Notes: generated by a model from the letters alone, not told the origin. 64,000 nt of DNA from Lama glama (GCA_028534125.1 CM052816.1:9054001-9118000); one strand, 5' to 3'; shown: positions 25,140 through 39,109, counted from the stretch's first letter. Numbers and translations: made by a program.

Positions 25140-25345
25140 GTGGTCTGGAGTAGAATCCCAGCTCTACTCATCACAGCTGTGTGACCTTAGGCAAGTGGCT
25201 TAACCTCTCTAGGCCACAGCTTCTGAGTGTGTGAAGCAGAGATCATAGCAGTGCCTACGTCACTGTGAGTGCTAACAGCAGGGAGACATTAACAACTTAG
25301 CACAGTGCCAGACATCTAGTAAATGCTCACACACCTGGCTTTATT
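25140..25345 (+). mobile_element. MIR SINE
   Basis: aatcccagctctact...agctgtgtgaccttaggcaagtggcttaacctctct. Confidence 0.8.
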
Positions 25346-25829
25346 CACTTTGGAACAACCTTACTGATTTGCAAGGTGACCCTCTCTGGGCCAGAGTTTC
25401 CACATTTATACATGGAGGCTTGAAACAGATTGAGTCCCAAGGTTCCTTTCACTCTAAGCATCTGAGTGTCCTGTGGCTGGAGCTGGGCAAGTCTGACCAT
25501 GTTCTAGGCTGGTGCAGGGCCCTTGATCCCCCAGGGGCACCGCTGGGTTGCGCCGAGACCCAGGTCCTGAGTGGAGAGTGCTCTTCCCGCCAGGAAATGC
25601 ATGGTGCTTCCTAACTCCATGTCTGCACCTCTTTGCTTCCCAGGGGAGCCCTGAAACCTAAGGAATTGGCAGGTCGCAGGCTGGTTTTTCTAGCTGAGGC
25701 AGCTTTGTCATAGGGCCATGCTTTTCCTCCTGTTCCTCATACTGTTTTGTGGAGAAATGTTTAAGGAAAATTAAAGGGGTTCCTGCGGTCTTTGGGAAGC
25801 TTCTGGGGGGAACAAAGGAACTGGCTTTG

Positions 25830-26010
25830 AGGCCAGCGGGTTGGAGGCTGCAGCGCTGGCCGTGGGGACGCTCCGGGCAGACGGTCCCACCGCGGGGCTC
25901 TGCGGAGGCCTCACGCTCACATCCGACCGCAGCCTGAACCTCCTTCCTGCCAGCAGAAGCAAGGAGCTGGGGTGGAGCCAGCTCCGGATGGGAATCCGGG
26001 AGTCGTGAGG
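25830..26010. promoter_or_regulatory. Small CpG-rich patch (possible enhancer or promoter)
   Basis: Local cluster of CpGs in otherwise CpG-depleted DNA. Confidence 0.35.
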
Positions 26011-28479
26011 GCTGGACTAGGGCCTGCCATTCCCTTGGCCAGCCTCCTCTGGGCTATTGCAGTGTTGGTACACCCAACCTAAAAGGGACCTCGGTGACCT
26101 TCTATCCGACTCTTCCACTTTACGGATTAAGGGACTGACTCTTACTCATTACTCATCCATAATTTCTCTTCCACCTGTCCTTCTCCTGGCAGAAACCTCC
26201 TCTGCTGTGCTTCCCATGAATAAAGTCAGTCATTTCCTTAAGATCCCCTCAAGTCCCATCTGAGCCCAGAGCAGTCAGTAGCAGGGGCCCACCTTATTTT
26301 ATATCCCCCCCTCCCCTTTGGCTCCCTGCACAGAGGGACTCCTTGGCCTTTCAGTGGGTTTGTCCATCTTGGAAACTTCACATATGCTGTTGCCTATACC
26401 TTGTTTGCTTTTCTCCTGTTTCTTTGCAAAGCTGGAATCTGCTTATCCCCAAGGTCTCAGCTTAATTGCCAAGTCCCTAGAGAGGACTTTGTGACCAGCT
26501 AGCTCAGGTATTCCAGAGAAGGTCTTTACTTAATGTGTGGAGTGAAAGCCCCTCAGACAACTTGAACTTATTCATTTCTTCTTAGAGTTCAGTTACATTA
26601 ATTCCCATGCCCTCTCCCCCAAAATCTGGCTCTCCTCCCTCTATTCGCTTGGCTCTTTAAGACCTAAATTCTATCTCTGAATATGGTCTTCCACTAAATC
26701 CTTCAGAATCTGCTAAGGATGCATATTTCTCCTAGCTTTTAAGGATTACAGACAGGTCTTCACAGCCATGCAGCTGGAAAGTCCAGTGCTGCCCTGTGCA
26801 TGAGAACAGGACAGGGAATCAGAAGACCTGGGTTCCAGCTTTGCCCTCCCTTCCTAGCTGCATGGCCTTGGGCAACCAGTTAATCTTTGTTGTCTTAATC
26901 TACTTGGCTGTAATGAATAACAAGTCCATTAACATTATTATAAAATATATTATAATTCTCCCTTTCCTGTGTGTATCTCAGGGTTGTTCCAGGAATGAAA
27001 TGAGAACCTGTGTGCTTTGTAGACTAAAGTCTATGCAAAGTAGGTGGGGATTATTTCCCCCTCACTCATTATAACTTAGTTATTTACACAGAATTTGCAA
27101 AAGGTGACATCATATGCCCTGCTATCCAGGACGGCCACGGAGAAGGGCCAGCAGATCCCAGCGGCGTATGTGCACCAGCCATCTCACCATTACAGTGTGT
27201 GCCACTGCCTGGAGGGTCACACTGCAATCCACAGGCCTTCTGCAAGCACCTCATGACCTCTGAAAGGGCATCAAACTTCCACTTGTGAGAGAACCCTACA
27301 CGTTCACTACCTGGGATCACAGAGTTTTAGACTGTCATTACTGTGAGAGTTTTTAGAGTTCATCAAAAACAAGTTCCTCTTTCTACAGAATCCAAAAGGC
27401 GTTGGGAATTGGCAAACAGCCTGCAGCGGGCTAATGGTGAGGACGGCAGTGCTGAGGCAAGGTCTCTGGGTTCTAGGTGACCATTTGGTTGCCAGAAATT
27501 CCCACGGCTGATTCTGCTTCCATTTGGGGGTTGCATCTAAGAGCAAAGTCCTCCTTCTGACAAAGAGGAGCATTCACAAAGTGGGCAGAGAGGAAGTTCC
27601 ACTGCAGCATTTTACTGCTTACTCCATTGCACTATTTTACTTGTAATGCAAAAAAGAGTGGGAAACAGTTTAAATGACAATTCGTAGGGAGATAGACTGC
27701 GGCACATCATACAAAGGAGTGTTACACGGCGATTAGTAAAATGAGGTGGGCGTTTATATAACCTGGATAGCTATTCAAGACCTGTTTTCTGGTGTGTGTG
27801 TGTGTCTGTGTGGTGTGGGGGGTGGGGGGGCAAAGACAAGTTGCAGGGCCATCACATGTAGTATGCTACAATTTATTTAAATGAACCTGTAAAAATCACA
27901 CTATCTTCTCCATGTGTACAACACATATGCATTTTAAGACATAAGAAATGGTCTGGAAGGCCTCCCATTTAACTGATAGTAATAGTATTCAGCTCTAGTG
28001 GGACAGCGATGGAGAACTAACAAAATGACCAGGGTTGGAGGTGGGCTCCAGGGGCACGAGCCTTAAGGACCATGTTTTCTTTCATTTAAAAAAAAGAAAA
28101 ATGTATTCACAAGTCCTTGGGTGATTAAAAATTGATAACAGTTTAAAAATTAGCCCCAGGCTCTACTGAGCCCTTCCTCTCGGCTGGCAGGGCCGATTCA
28201 TGACTGACTAACCTTGAATGGGTCTCTGTGACTAAAGGGAAGGGAGGGTCCACTTTTCATCGCCATGCTGTCTGGTCACTTGACCCCTGCGGGCTCCCTT
28301 GGCCTTTGGAGGCCTGTCCCATGCCAGGTCCTGAGAGTGAGCACAACGTGGCCAGAGTCCAGTGCGTCAGGGTCCTCCTGCAACTGACCTCCTGGTGACT
28401 CAACATGATGGACGGGTCTGCCCAGCACAGTTGACACAGAACCATGAAAACTGAGCCTGGAGGCTCCAGTCTGAATCTT

Positions 28480-28990
28480 AGCCCTGCCTCCACCTTCCAG
28501 GGAGATGCTGGGCGAGTGCCTGCACCACAGCACATGGCCTTGCCCGGGCTCTGACCGCCTCTCCTGGCATCTCCCCCTCATTCACTCTGTTCCAGCCATG
28601 CAGGCTTCCTTTCTGTGCACCCCGCCTCCCACACTTGCCCCAGGCATTCATGGTTGCAGTTCCTTCTGATCTGACCATCTTCTCTCCAATGTCCATGTGA
28701 CTGGCTCCTTCTCGTGGTTCAGGTCTCGTCTCTAGTGAACGTTCCCGCCTAGAGAGGCCTTCCAAGTCACCTCCCCATCAGTCCCTCTCTCACATGTGCT
28801 GTTTTAAATTCCCCTGGAGAATGGAACACTGCCAGAAGTTATGTTGCTCAGTTTGTTCATGCACTTTTATCCACTGTGTGGCCCACTGGAAGTTACAGGC
28901 AGTAGGAGCAAGTACCTGTCCTGTCCTCTTCTGGAGCCCAAGCACCAAGAATGGCGTCTGGCACATAGTAGGTGCTCAGTAAAGATTACG
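28480..28990 (+). mobile_element. L2 3' end
   Basis: ttcactctgttccagcca...ctagagaggccttcc...gtctggcacatagtaggtgctcagtaa. Confidence 0.75.
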
Positions 28991-29859
28991 GGAATGTGTG
29001 ACCTTTGCAATCCCAGTGAGAAGAGTGCACTTGGAGAAGAAGGACCCAAGTTTCCTTCCAGTCCGCTCCTGTCAGGAGCCAAATCCCAGAGTCAGGCAGG
29101 ACTGGACGAAGGGACAAGCCCTGTGGCTCCTCTTCCAAGTCGGCCATTACAAGGCTGAAGTGTGGGCCTGTGACTTAATGCCCAGATGCTCCAATCTGCT
29201 CTTCTAGAAGATGAAAGGATTGGGCTAGATGCTTCTTTTCAACTCCCAGCTTTTACTATGCTATAAAATATAAATGGTTTGTGTCCACGTGCTCAAATCA
29301 AGATACATGCTTGAATACACTTTCTTTAATATGCCCTAAATATCATTTTAGTGTGTTTTTTTTTCCATTTTCCTCCTTCTCATAAAAAATGGAATGCAGA
29401 GTGTGTGGCAGGATGGTCTCTGGTGCACTGTAATACGGAGCCCTTTATGCAAAATTCATTATTGAATCAAAGGCTGCAGTTTTCTTTTTCTCATTTGTTT
29501 CTCTGCTCCCCAAACAATTTTCAGGTTTCACATCTTTATTAGTGTTCTTTGGTCCTTTAGCAGAATGAAAATTCTGTGTAAATAATCATGGGGGCTGTAT
29601 TTTGAATATGACTAAGTGGGCACACAGAAGAATATTGAATGTTTGTTCCAAAACCCCTCGTTCCAGCACATGGAGTGGGGAGTAAGGGTGAGCTCCTGAA
29701 TTTCCATGCAGCAGAAAGGAGCCGGGTCAGCCTGGCCTTTGGGGTCAGATTCTGATGTCAGTACTGACCCTCCACTTCTGGCTGGAGAGTTAACTGAGGA
29801 GGTGCCTTTGATTTGGAGGCTGGAGGCCAAACGCGTTATGAAGCCTCCTATTGCTGAGA

Positions 29860-30070
29860 GCTTGCTGTGTTCCAGGCACTGGGCTAAGAGCTTTGACTTC
29901 ATTATCTCCTTTAACTTCAATTCTTTCAAGTACTCTGTGACTTGGGAATTGTTATCACCCCATTTTTTCAGATAGAGAAACTGAGGCACAGAGAGGGTAA
30001 ATCAAGTAGGAGTGGAACTTAGATTTAAACCCAGGCTATCTGAGACCAGAGCCTACAGTCTTTCCCACCA
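29860..30070 (-). mobile_element. MIR SINE
   Basis: ccaggcactgggctaagagcttt...cccattttttcagatagagaaactgaggcacagagagg...atttaaacccagg. Confidence 0.85.
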
Positions 30071-30621
30071 CCAATACTGGTACATGCGTAGTACAGGATC
30101 CTATACCTATTATGCAGTACAGGTCTGGCTCTGCTAGGACAAGTGCAGTTAATAAAAATAATCCCTAACATTCAAGTTTCTAATCAAGATTTTTAAAAGT
30201 AGCAATCAATATCAGATTTAAAAAAGATCATAAGCAAGTCAGGTATTATTTATTCCTTAGATAAACACACCAGGACTTGCTATGTGCGAGGAGAATGTAT
30301 ATACTTTGTTGCCCCAAATAGAGAGAGTCCCTGCCCTCCTGGGGATTATAGTCATTTGACATCAGAGGAAATGAAAGCTGAGAGATTTTGTATAATGTGC
30401 CTGTTTCCATTCAGCTTGTCTAGGGCAGAACTGACATTCAAATCTAACCACAGGACCCCTCAGCCACTAAATTTCCTGCTCAATGGGAAGTAGTAACTCT
30501 CAGGTGTCCAATTTGAACAGCTGCCTATCATCTCTTCCTTTCCTGTGATCTATGGGAACAGTTGAATGATCATTCAATAAATTGCCAAAGATATGGATCA
30601 GCATGAGTGGACTGAATAGAG

Positions 30622-30828
30622 CAGGGTTTCTTGACGGTGGCACCGCTGATATTTTGGGCTGGATCATTCTTTGCGGTGGGGGCTTTCCTGTGCATTGTAG
30701 GTGGTTTAGCAGCATCTCTGGCCTCTGCCCACTGGAAGGTAGGAGCCAGCTGTGACAACTAAGAATGTCTCTGGATATTATCATATGTCCCCCTGGAGGC
30801 AAAACTGCCTTAGGTTTAGAACCACTAG
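30622..30828 (-). mobile_element. MER20 (hAT-Charlie), near full length
   Basis: Reverse complement of MER20: cagggtttct...tgtgcattgtagg..gtttagcagcatctctggcctctgcccact...tgtgacaac...aatgtctctgga...tgtccccctgg...gaaccactag. Confidence 0.9.
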
Positions 30829-31050
30829 AATTGAGTAACGAAAAATAAAACACTCACCAAAAAAAATCCTCCGTTGCTCCAAGCCAATGATAGTTTTGCA
30901 TACATGGGACTTACATCATCAGAGGTTAGGAACCCCGATCTCATTCAGTTAAAATAATCCTCGGAGCGACCGGGAAGCCTGGAGCTGTGGGAAGACCATA
31001 GTTTCCTCAGGTGAGATTGTTTCCTCTGCAGCTTAAATAACCTGCCTGTG

Positions 31051-31064
31051 CTGCCCTCTGCTGG
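31051..31064 (-). promoter_or_regulatory. CTCF core motif CCAGCAGAGGGCAG
   Basis: Consensus-type CTCF core; retained at the paralogous position 59320-59333. Confidence 0.65.
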
Positions 31065-31311
31065 TTAAGTCTGTAACTTCATTTTGGTGTGGATCAGAAG
31101 ATTAAGAAAGGAGAGCTAGGCACTGAAGTCCCCCGGAGTCTACACCCTAATCCTCATCCCTGTGAAAGGAACCCCACGGGCAGTATTTAACAAAATTTCA
31201 GCTAATCAAGATCATCTAGGAGGTATATACAGTTTTCCAGTGACTTTCTCTCCAGGGATTTTGACGCCTCTTGTGATGTCAGTGCCTAAGGAGACCTCAC
31301 AGGCCCCTTTT

Positions 31312-31421
31312 GGAATTTTTATTTTTGGTAGGGATAGGTACTTAGGTCTATTTATTTTTAGAGGAGGTACCAGGGATTGAACCCATGACCTCGTGCATGC
31401 TAAGCATACCCTCCCCCTCCC
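31312..31421 (-). mobile_element. Vic-1-type SINE with internal deletion and 12-bp TSD
   Basis: gggattgaacccatgacctcgtgcatgctaagca; lacks the ctctaccactgagcta segment; CAGGCCCCTTTT at 31300-31311 and 31422-31433. Confidence 0.88.
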
Positions 31422-31644
31422 TCAGGCCCCTTTTAGAGCCCCTCCAACACGCCATACTCAGCCCTGAATTTCTCCTCCTCCTCTCTTCTCCCACCACCTT
31501 CTTCTTTTGTTTATTTACATATTTACATATTCACAACAACATATTTCATATGTGAATAACTGTTGCTAGAAACCTCAGATAACACAAAGCACTTTTAAAA
31601 GAGAGATAATGCTCTTCTCCCTTCTCCTACCAACCCCACACCCT

Positions 31645-32257
31645 CACCTGGCTACAGGAGGCAGGGGTGTTGTCTGCTCTGGGCTCTGCTGACCCCTCAT
31701 CCAGCCCAGGGCCAGGGGCATGGGGAGGGCCCTGGATGTGCATCTGTGGAGTGAATGAACAAATCACCATCATCAGGCTGATGTGGTCTCTTTCCTATAT
31801 GTTCAAAGTCACATATATAGTGTGCTTCTGTACATAAGTGGGGCCACACTCTATCACTGTGTGCAAGTTTCTTCAGTTTTTGCATCATAATATGGCTTGG
31901 AAATCTTTCCTTGACTCTCCATCTAGACCTGCTTCATTCTTTTTCACTGCTGACTAAATGCACCATCAGTATTTGACTGTTTTCACATTGATGGGCATTG
32001 ATGTGCCTTCCATTTCTCACTATTTCCAGCCATGCTGCTTGCATGGCCTGTTGGTGCCCGGGTGCGAGTGTCTCCAGGAAAGACACCCGAGGTGGCCTCG
32101 CTGGCTGAAAGGGCACCTCCTTCCTGTCCCATTCACTGGGTCAGATGCATAAAACCTGAACTTTTCTTAAAGGTAAGTTGGACTGAGGAGAAATTCCTTT
32201 CCCCGGGAGTGGTGGGGAGTGTCAGACCTGGGCTTGTATCCTGTACTTGGTGTGCGT

Positions 32258-32292
<35 letters not shown>

Positions 32293-32948
32293 CCTGTCCC
32301 AGCCTGCTCACTGGGGAACCTAATCTGAAAACATGAACTGATTAGTTTAGCATGTTTTGTGGAAGCATGCTGAGCTGAGAGTCCTGAGGTCTGAGTTCTC
32401 ATATAGGCTTTGCCATAAAACTGTCTGTAAGTGTTGAACACATGACTCAGTCTTTATGGGCCTCAGTGTCTTTATCTTTAACATGGGCTGGGGAGTGGAC
32501 CCGTTACTATAAAGACACTTTGACTGCTAACCTTTCAGGGTGAGGCGTCAGTTGCCTGCCCTTGACCTAAGGTTGGCTGTGGGAGCCAAGAAACAGGAAA
32601 CTAATGTTTTGGCAAGAGCAGTCAGCAGTCCGGGTAAGGTCAGAGCTGGTGGCATGGTGACCTCTGCCCCAGTCAGCAGCCCCACCTCCTCCCTCGAACT
32701 GCTGGGCCAGTACCTCGGCTGACCCTTGGCAAGAGAAAAGTCTGGGTAACACCTCACCCCTGGTGCAGTGACCTGTCTGCACCTCTGATGGCAGTCGGGC
32801 TACAACACACAGACACTGCTGGGCCCTCCTGGCAGAGTAGTGAGGACCAGGGCCCTGCAGTCCCTTCCCGGGCTCCAGCCCTGACTCTGCTTTGACATGT
32901 CAGTGGGTGAGCTGGGACTAGTCACCCAGACTCTTGGTGTCCTGATCT
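31645..32948 (+). repeat. High-identity duplicated segment 2, copy A (partner 61337-62629)
   Basis: Aligns from cacctggctacaggaggcagg to ctcttggtgtcctgatct; near-identical ORFs in both copies in the ORF track. Confidence 0.98.
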
Positions 32949-33429
32949 CTAACCTGGGGACAATGTTAGTAAAGCTCTAATGGGGTGTTGTAAGGATTAA
33001 GTGAAGTTCTTTTTTCTTTTATTTTTCACTTTGTTGACCAAAATGTATTTATATTATTACATGTAATATAAAAAGAGTTTTCCTCACTAAAATATAAAAT
33101 TTTAAACAAAGTGTTAGTTATAAAAACCAAAGAACTGGCATCTGGGAGTCTTGATGTGGAGGGTAGAGTAGAAAATAGTTGAGAAATAAGAGGCTATTGG
33201 ACTAGGGCTGTAGGTGAGTCTCCAGAAAGAGACCTTTCTTGCCAGGTGGGTCTTTGCTAATGCTGGACAAACGTCATTCTGAAACTTCCACAAGAGTGGG
33301 GATCCTGGTCAGTTTCATTCCTTGCTTTGTCCCTGGTGCCTGGAAGAGTGTCCAGCACAAAGTTGGTGTTCTGTAAATATATTTGCTTTTTCTTTCTTTC
33401 TTTTGTTTTTTGGTTTTACTGTTCTTATA

Positions 33430-34130
33430 ATTTTCTTTTTCAAAATTACTTTTGTTTTCCAGTTTTGAGATATAGGTGACCTACACTATTGTTTTCATTT
33501 TAGGTGTACAACATGATAATCTGTTATATGCATAGAACTGTGAAGTGATCACCACAATAAGTCCAGTTAACATCCATCACCTCACATAATCACAATTTTT
33601 TTCTTGTGGTAGGAACTTTTAAGATCTACTCTCTCAACGACTTTCAAGTACACAATACAGCATCATTAACTATAGGCAATATGCTGTACATTACATCCTC
33701 AGGACTTATATATATCTTATAACCAGAGGTTTGTACCTTCTGATCACCTTCACCCCCTTTGCCCACCTCCTCATTCCCTCCTCTGGCAACCACTCATCTA
33801 TTCTCTGAGTTTGTTTTTTTTAGATTTCACATGTAAGTGAGGTCGTGCAGTATTCGTCTCTAACTTATTTCACTTAGCATAATGCCCTCAAGGTCCATCC
33901 ATGTTGTTGCAAATGGCAGGATTTCCTTCTTTTTCATGGCAAGTAATATTCCATCATATTTATCTATGTCTATATATCACATTTTCTATCTATTTTTCAG
34001 TGGATACTTAAGTTGCTTACATGTCTTGGCGATTGTAAATAATGCTGCAATGAACATAAGGGTGCAGATAACTTTTCAAGGAGTGATTTCATTTACTTCA
34101 GATACGTACCTAGAAGTGGGATCGCTGGAT
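33430..34130 (-). mobile_element. LINE-1 3' end (L1MA-like)
   Basis: cttatttcacttagcataatgccctcaaggtccatccatgttgttgcaaatggcaggatttcc; T-rich tail at the left. Confidence 0.92.
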
Positions 34131-34139
34131 CCATCTTTC

Positions 34140-35455
34140 TGAGTGCTCAGACCAAAACATTAGTCACTATTGATGCTTCTCTTTCTCCTACATCCTACAC
34201 TTAATCCAACTAGAAATCTTTTAGATTTATTTGGATATATCCAGAATCAGAACACTTCTCACCATCTCCACCATCACCGAGGTCCAAGACAAGGCCAGGA
34301 GACTCCACTCCTGCCCTTCTCTCACCCACAGCCCATTTCTACAGAACAGCAAGAGTGATTCTTTGCAAATTAAAGGTCAACATATCAATCTTCTGCTAAA
34401 AAATCCTGCAGTGGCTCCACATTTCAGTTAGAGTAAAATGTAATATTTTTGCAATGGCTTACCATGCTTTACAAAACCACAAGCCTCACCTCCCTCTACT
34501 CTCTCTGTCCTGGACATTCTCCTTTTGTCGCTCCGGATCCATTCTCCAGACTTTTCCCCTCTCCTTTCCTCATCAGCAGGGTGGCCACAGGAATCTTCAA
34601 ATGTGCTCCACTGCCTTTTGGCTTGGAGTTAGATCAGTTGGTGGCAGGCTGTGGTACTGGAAGGGGAAATGGGAGCTGAGAGAGGTTGAGGTATTTAGTC
34701 TTCTGTTTCCTTCCTTGCCAAGCCTGGTTGTGGCCACGACTGTGCTCCTTCACCAAAGACCACATCTCCTGCCAGCAGCCCTGTCCCACGGCCAGCCCCC
34801 TCGAGGTTCCAGAAATCCTGCTCTCTGCTGCCCTCTTCTGGCCTAGAAGTGCTAGAGCCATCAAGCTAGTGCTACCTCTCCAGGGCATGACCTTGCTCGT
34901 TTGTCTTAACTCTGTGCATAGCTTTGCAAACAGCCTTTCTACTTAACACTCCTCAATGACCCCTTTTTAAGGTGCTCTTGGCTTCTTCCCAAACATGATT
35001 GATCCCTCACCCTGGCATACTCTGTTCAAGCAACACTTTCTAGCTTGGTCTTCCTCTAGCATGCACTCCTGCCTCAGGTCTCTGCACTGGCTATTCCCAT
35101 CTCCTGGCATGCTCTTCTCCTGGATGTTCACGCACCCTTCCTCACGTCCTCAAATCTTTGGTCAGTTGTCACCTTCTCAGTGACCACATCTCTCTCTGTC
35201 CTAATGAAAACTGCAGCTCTTCTACTCTGGCAGTTCCAATCTTTTTTTTTTTTTAATTAAAAAAAAAGTACATATCCTCTTATAACTCACTACATAATTT
35301 ATTCATTTATGATTTTTCACTGTCTTTATCCTCTCACTAGACTTTTAGATCCTTGAGGGCAAGGACTTCATCTGTTTTTTTCATTGATGAATCTCCACTA
35401 CCTAGAATAACACCTGGAACACAGTAGGTGATAAATGCATGTTTGCTGAATGAGA
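34140..35455 (+). mobile_element. L2 interrupted by an LTR33-like LTR (about 34520-35000)
   Basis: L2 motifs (gctcagaccaaaac...atatatccagaatc; ccttgagggcaaggac...acacagtaggtg...tgctgaatga) flank an ERVL-like segment. Confidence 0.65.
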
Positions 35456-35599
35456 AAAAGTTTGAATACATCCCATTTTGTTCTTATCTCTCAATGGCGC
35501 CCACCATGGTTTCCCTTGAAACGTATAACGCAAGTGCATATCTTGTAATTCCAACTAAATTGTGAGCTCTCCAAGAGGAAGAATTATTAGCGTTTATAT

Positions 35600-35985
35600 C
35601 TGAGGTTGCAAAGAAAAGGCCCTTGGGCTGGACTTGGCCTGCAGGCAAGTTTGTTTGTACTAAAGTATCGGTCCACACAGTGTTTCAAGTATTATTTTGA
35701 TTTACCTTTCCAACATTAAAAAAATGGGGATATTCACTTGAAGACATGGATTTCTGGTTTCCATGCCAAATAAGAAAGTCTGGTCATATTTTACAGCATG
35801 TTTCTCATTTTATAACAGCTGAGCGGGGTCCTCCTCCTTAGACTGGCCATGTCCCCTCCTGTGCATCAGGGCTATACCTCTTTCTGTTGCTTCTCTGACC
35901 TCCTCTAAAGCAGGTGTCACCCAGCCAACTCCACTAACTTATGCAACTGCTTGGCCCTTGTAGACATACAAGTTTTCAACCCCTG
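35600..35985. mobile_element. MER58B-like DNA transposon
   Basis: gaggttgcaaa...ggcccttgggctggacttggcctgcagg...ggcccttgtagacatacaagttttcaacccctg. Confidence 0.5.
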
Positions 35986-36089
35986 ATGGTAAAGCATATC
36001 TCAGGGAGACAATAAATGTTTAATGATGGTGAGGTTATACTGATGATGAAGAAATATGGGTTGAATTTCTACTTTTTCTCTTCTTTTCT

Positions 36090-38095
36090 CTTGTAACTTC
36101 TCTTCATCTACTTGTGCTCTCAGTGTTGATGTCTTCAGACACAACTGTGGTTTTCTTTCTTTTAGTTACACTATTTTGCTTTTTGTATTCTCAAATTCTA
36201 TTATTAGGTGCATACATATTTATGATTGTATGACTCCTGAAGAAGACATGAAGGAGACTGAAGGAACAGAACGACTCTGAGGAAACTTTCAACCAACATG
36301 TGGTTGAAGACTCAAAGGACACTATCAACCAACCTGACATAATTAACATGTATTCGACTTAACAATAGCAAAGTAAACATTCTTTTCAAGTACACATGGA
36401 ACATTCACCAAAGTAAGTCACATTCTAGGCCACAAAACACACCTCTGCAAATGTATAAGGACTGAAATAACACAAAGCATGTTCTCTGACCATTATAGCA
36501 TTACACTAGAAATAAAACTAGAGATACAGCCTCCAAAACTCTAAATAATTAGAAATTTAAAAATACACTCTAAATAATAACTCATGGATCAAAGAAGGAA
36601 TCACACAGGAAATTCTAAAGTACTTTGAGTTAGACAAATGAAAACACCACATGTAAAAATTTGTGTGATACAGCTAAAGAAATGTTTTAGGAACATGTAT
36701 GACATTAATTACTTTTAAAGAAGAAAAGTTTCAACAGTGATCTTAGCTTAAGCCACCTTAAGAAATTATAAAAAAGAAAGCAAGTTAAACACAAAGGAAG
36801 CACAAAGAAGGAAATAAAGATAAGAGCAGAAATCAACAATATGGAAACCAGGAAAATAATAGGGAAAATCCATGAAACTATAATTTATAAATTTCTATCT
36901 GTTATGTTCAATTAAAAAAGAGAGAGAGAGAAAATACCAGTTACCAATATCAGAAATGAAAGAGAAGATTTTATTAGAGATCCAATAGAAATTAAAAGGT
37001 TAATAAGGGAATAATATGAACAACTTTATACCAATAAATTTGAGAACTTACATGAAATCGAAAAACTGCCTGAAAGATTCAAACTCCCAAAGCTCACTCA
37101 GGAAGAAATGGGTAGTCCAAACAATGCTATACCTATTAAAAAATTAAATTTGTGGCTAAAAACTTTCCAACAAAGAAAACTCCTAGTCCACATGAGTTCA
37201 GTGGTGAATTTTACCAAACACTTCAGGGAGGAATAATACCAATTCTAGAGAATTTTTTTTTTTCCAAAAAATGGAAGAGGATGGAATATTTTCCAATTTG
37301 TTTTATAAATCCAGTATTAACCTGATACCAAAATTAGACAAAGACATTACATGAAAATAAATCTACAGCCCAAATATCCCTCACAAACAGAGATGCAAAA
37401 GCCCTTGGCAAAATAGTAGTAAATTAAATTGAGCAATATATAAAAAGGATAACACATAGTGAAGACGAGAGTTTATCCTTGTAAGGTTAGTTCAGTATTC
37501 AAAAATTAATCAATGCAATCACCATATCAACTGATAAAAAGTGATTATCTCAATAGATGCAGAAAAAAGCACTTTGGAAAAAGTCAACATTCATTCATAA
37601 AAGAATCTCTCATGAAACTAGAAATAATAGGGAAGTTCTTCAATCTAATAAAGGTCAACTATGAAAATGTATAGCTAACATCATATTTAATGTATAAAAG
37701 ACTGAATGCTTATCCCTGAGATCAGAAACAAGGCAAAGATATCCACCCTCACTACTGTTCAAAGGTGTACTGAAAGAAAGAACAAAAAATAAATAATACT
37801 AAGATTAGAAAGGAAGAAATGAAAATTGTCTTCACTTGCAGATGACATGATTATCTAGGTAGGAAATCCTAAAGACTCTACAAACAATATGTCACACCAG
37901 TACCCAAACCACAAAACACAGAGATAAGTCTAACAAAATACATGCAAGATTTATGTGCTCACATTTATAAAACATTGATGAGAGAAACTGAACTAGACCT
38001 ACACAAATGGAAAGACATGCTGCATTCGTGGATTTGTCAGTGTTGTCTAGATGTCATTTCTCCCCAGATTGATCTACAGGTTCAATGCAATCTCA
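36090..38095 (+). mobile_element. Old LINE-1 ORF2 fragment with short inverted 5' piece
   Basis: 36305-38095 is degenerate sense ORF2; 36090-36240 is antisense endonuclease-region sequence (IINMYAPNN on the minus strand). Confidence 0.85.
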
Positions 38096-39109
38096 GTCAG
38101 AGAATCAGCAGTTGGGTGTGAGCTGGTGCATGCTCTGGACACGCCTGACCACTCCAGTGAGGCTCGCGCCCAGGGCATCCTCAACCCTGAAGTGGTCCTC
38201 CCAGAATATAAACTGGAACACGATGCAGGCCTCCTTTAAAATGCTCGTGACGTTTCCACGTTGCTTTGAGAATCAAGCTCAGAATCCAAGCAGCCAGAAA
38301 CACAAGCCTTGTGTTTCATGACCTGGCTCCGCCTTCGCTTAGCCTTCATCTGCTTACTCTCCCCCAAGGAGGCTCCAGGCTTGCTGAAGTTTTCTATTTT
38401 GGGACAGATTGATTTAGGAAACTCTTTCTGTCACTAAGTGGAAATCTTTCGTCCTGTTACGCTCACCCTGGATTAGACTCCCAGAGACCACAGAAGTACA
38501 ATCTCTCATGAGAGCCTTTAAGCACTGAAATGTGACTGTTCCCTCCGAGTTTTTTCTCATGTTTGCTAAATGTCCTCTGTTAACTAAGGTATTCCTTGAT
38601 GACTTGCTTTGCTGAGTTATTGCCCTTTTCTCAGGAAGTTCCCATCAATAAATGTCTATTTTAGTATCTGTCATCTAGAGCTGAATGCACAGCCCATTAG
38701 CCGGCCCAGAGAACAGCAAGGCTCGCCATCTTGTTTTCTGACACAGTAAATCTCCTCATGTGGCCTACATTGCGTTAATGTTTGGTAGCCTCATTTACAG
38801 ATAAATTCATACTTGGAGCTTGAGGGTGCCTAAAACTCTGACATATTTCTTATATGTGTTGCTTTTAGCTGTTTCCCACTCTGTACTTGTGTCATTGTAT
38901 TTTAATATTTTTACATTTATTTCATGTGCTTTTTATCTTACTGTGACATTTCCATCGAGGTTTTTGAGATAATGGTGAATTCTGATTCTGTTTTCCTATT
39001 CACCGTCTGTCCAACCTCAACAATGACTCTGACCAGCTCATGTCCAGGAGGTCCTCAACAAGTCCCTTAAACATCTCTTAATACTCTCCACTCTGCTCTC
39101 CCTGCAGTA

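Noticed and set aside
32032..32172. Peptide HWVRCIKPE resembling the myosin motor motif HFVRCIKPN
   Set aside because: No surrounding myosin similarity, the sequence is partly antisense L1, and paralog differences are non-synonymous.
33008..33290. T-rich-led segment that looked like a retrocopied 3'UTR
   Set aside because: No convincing TSD, and the sequence resembles a degenerate old L1ME/HAL1-type end.
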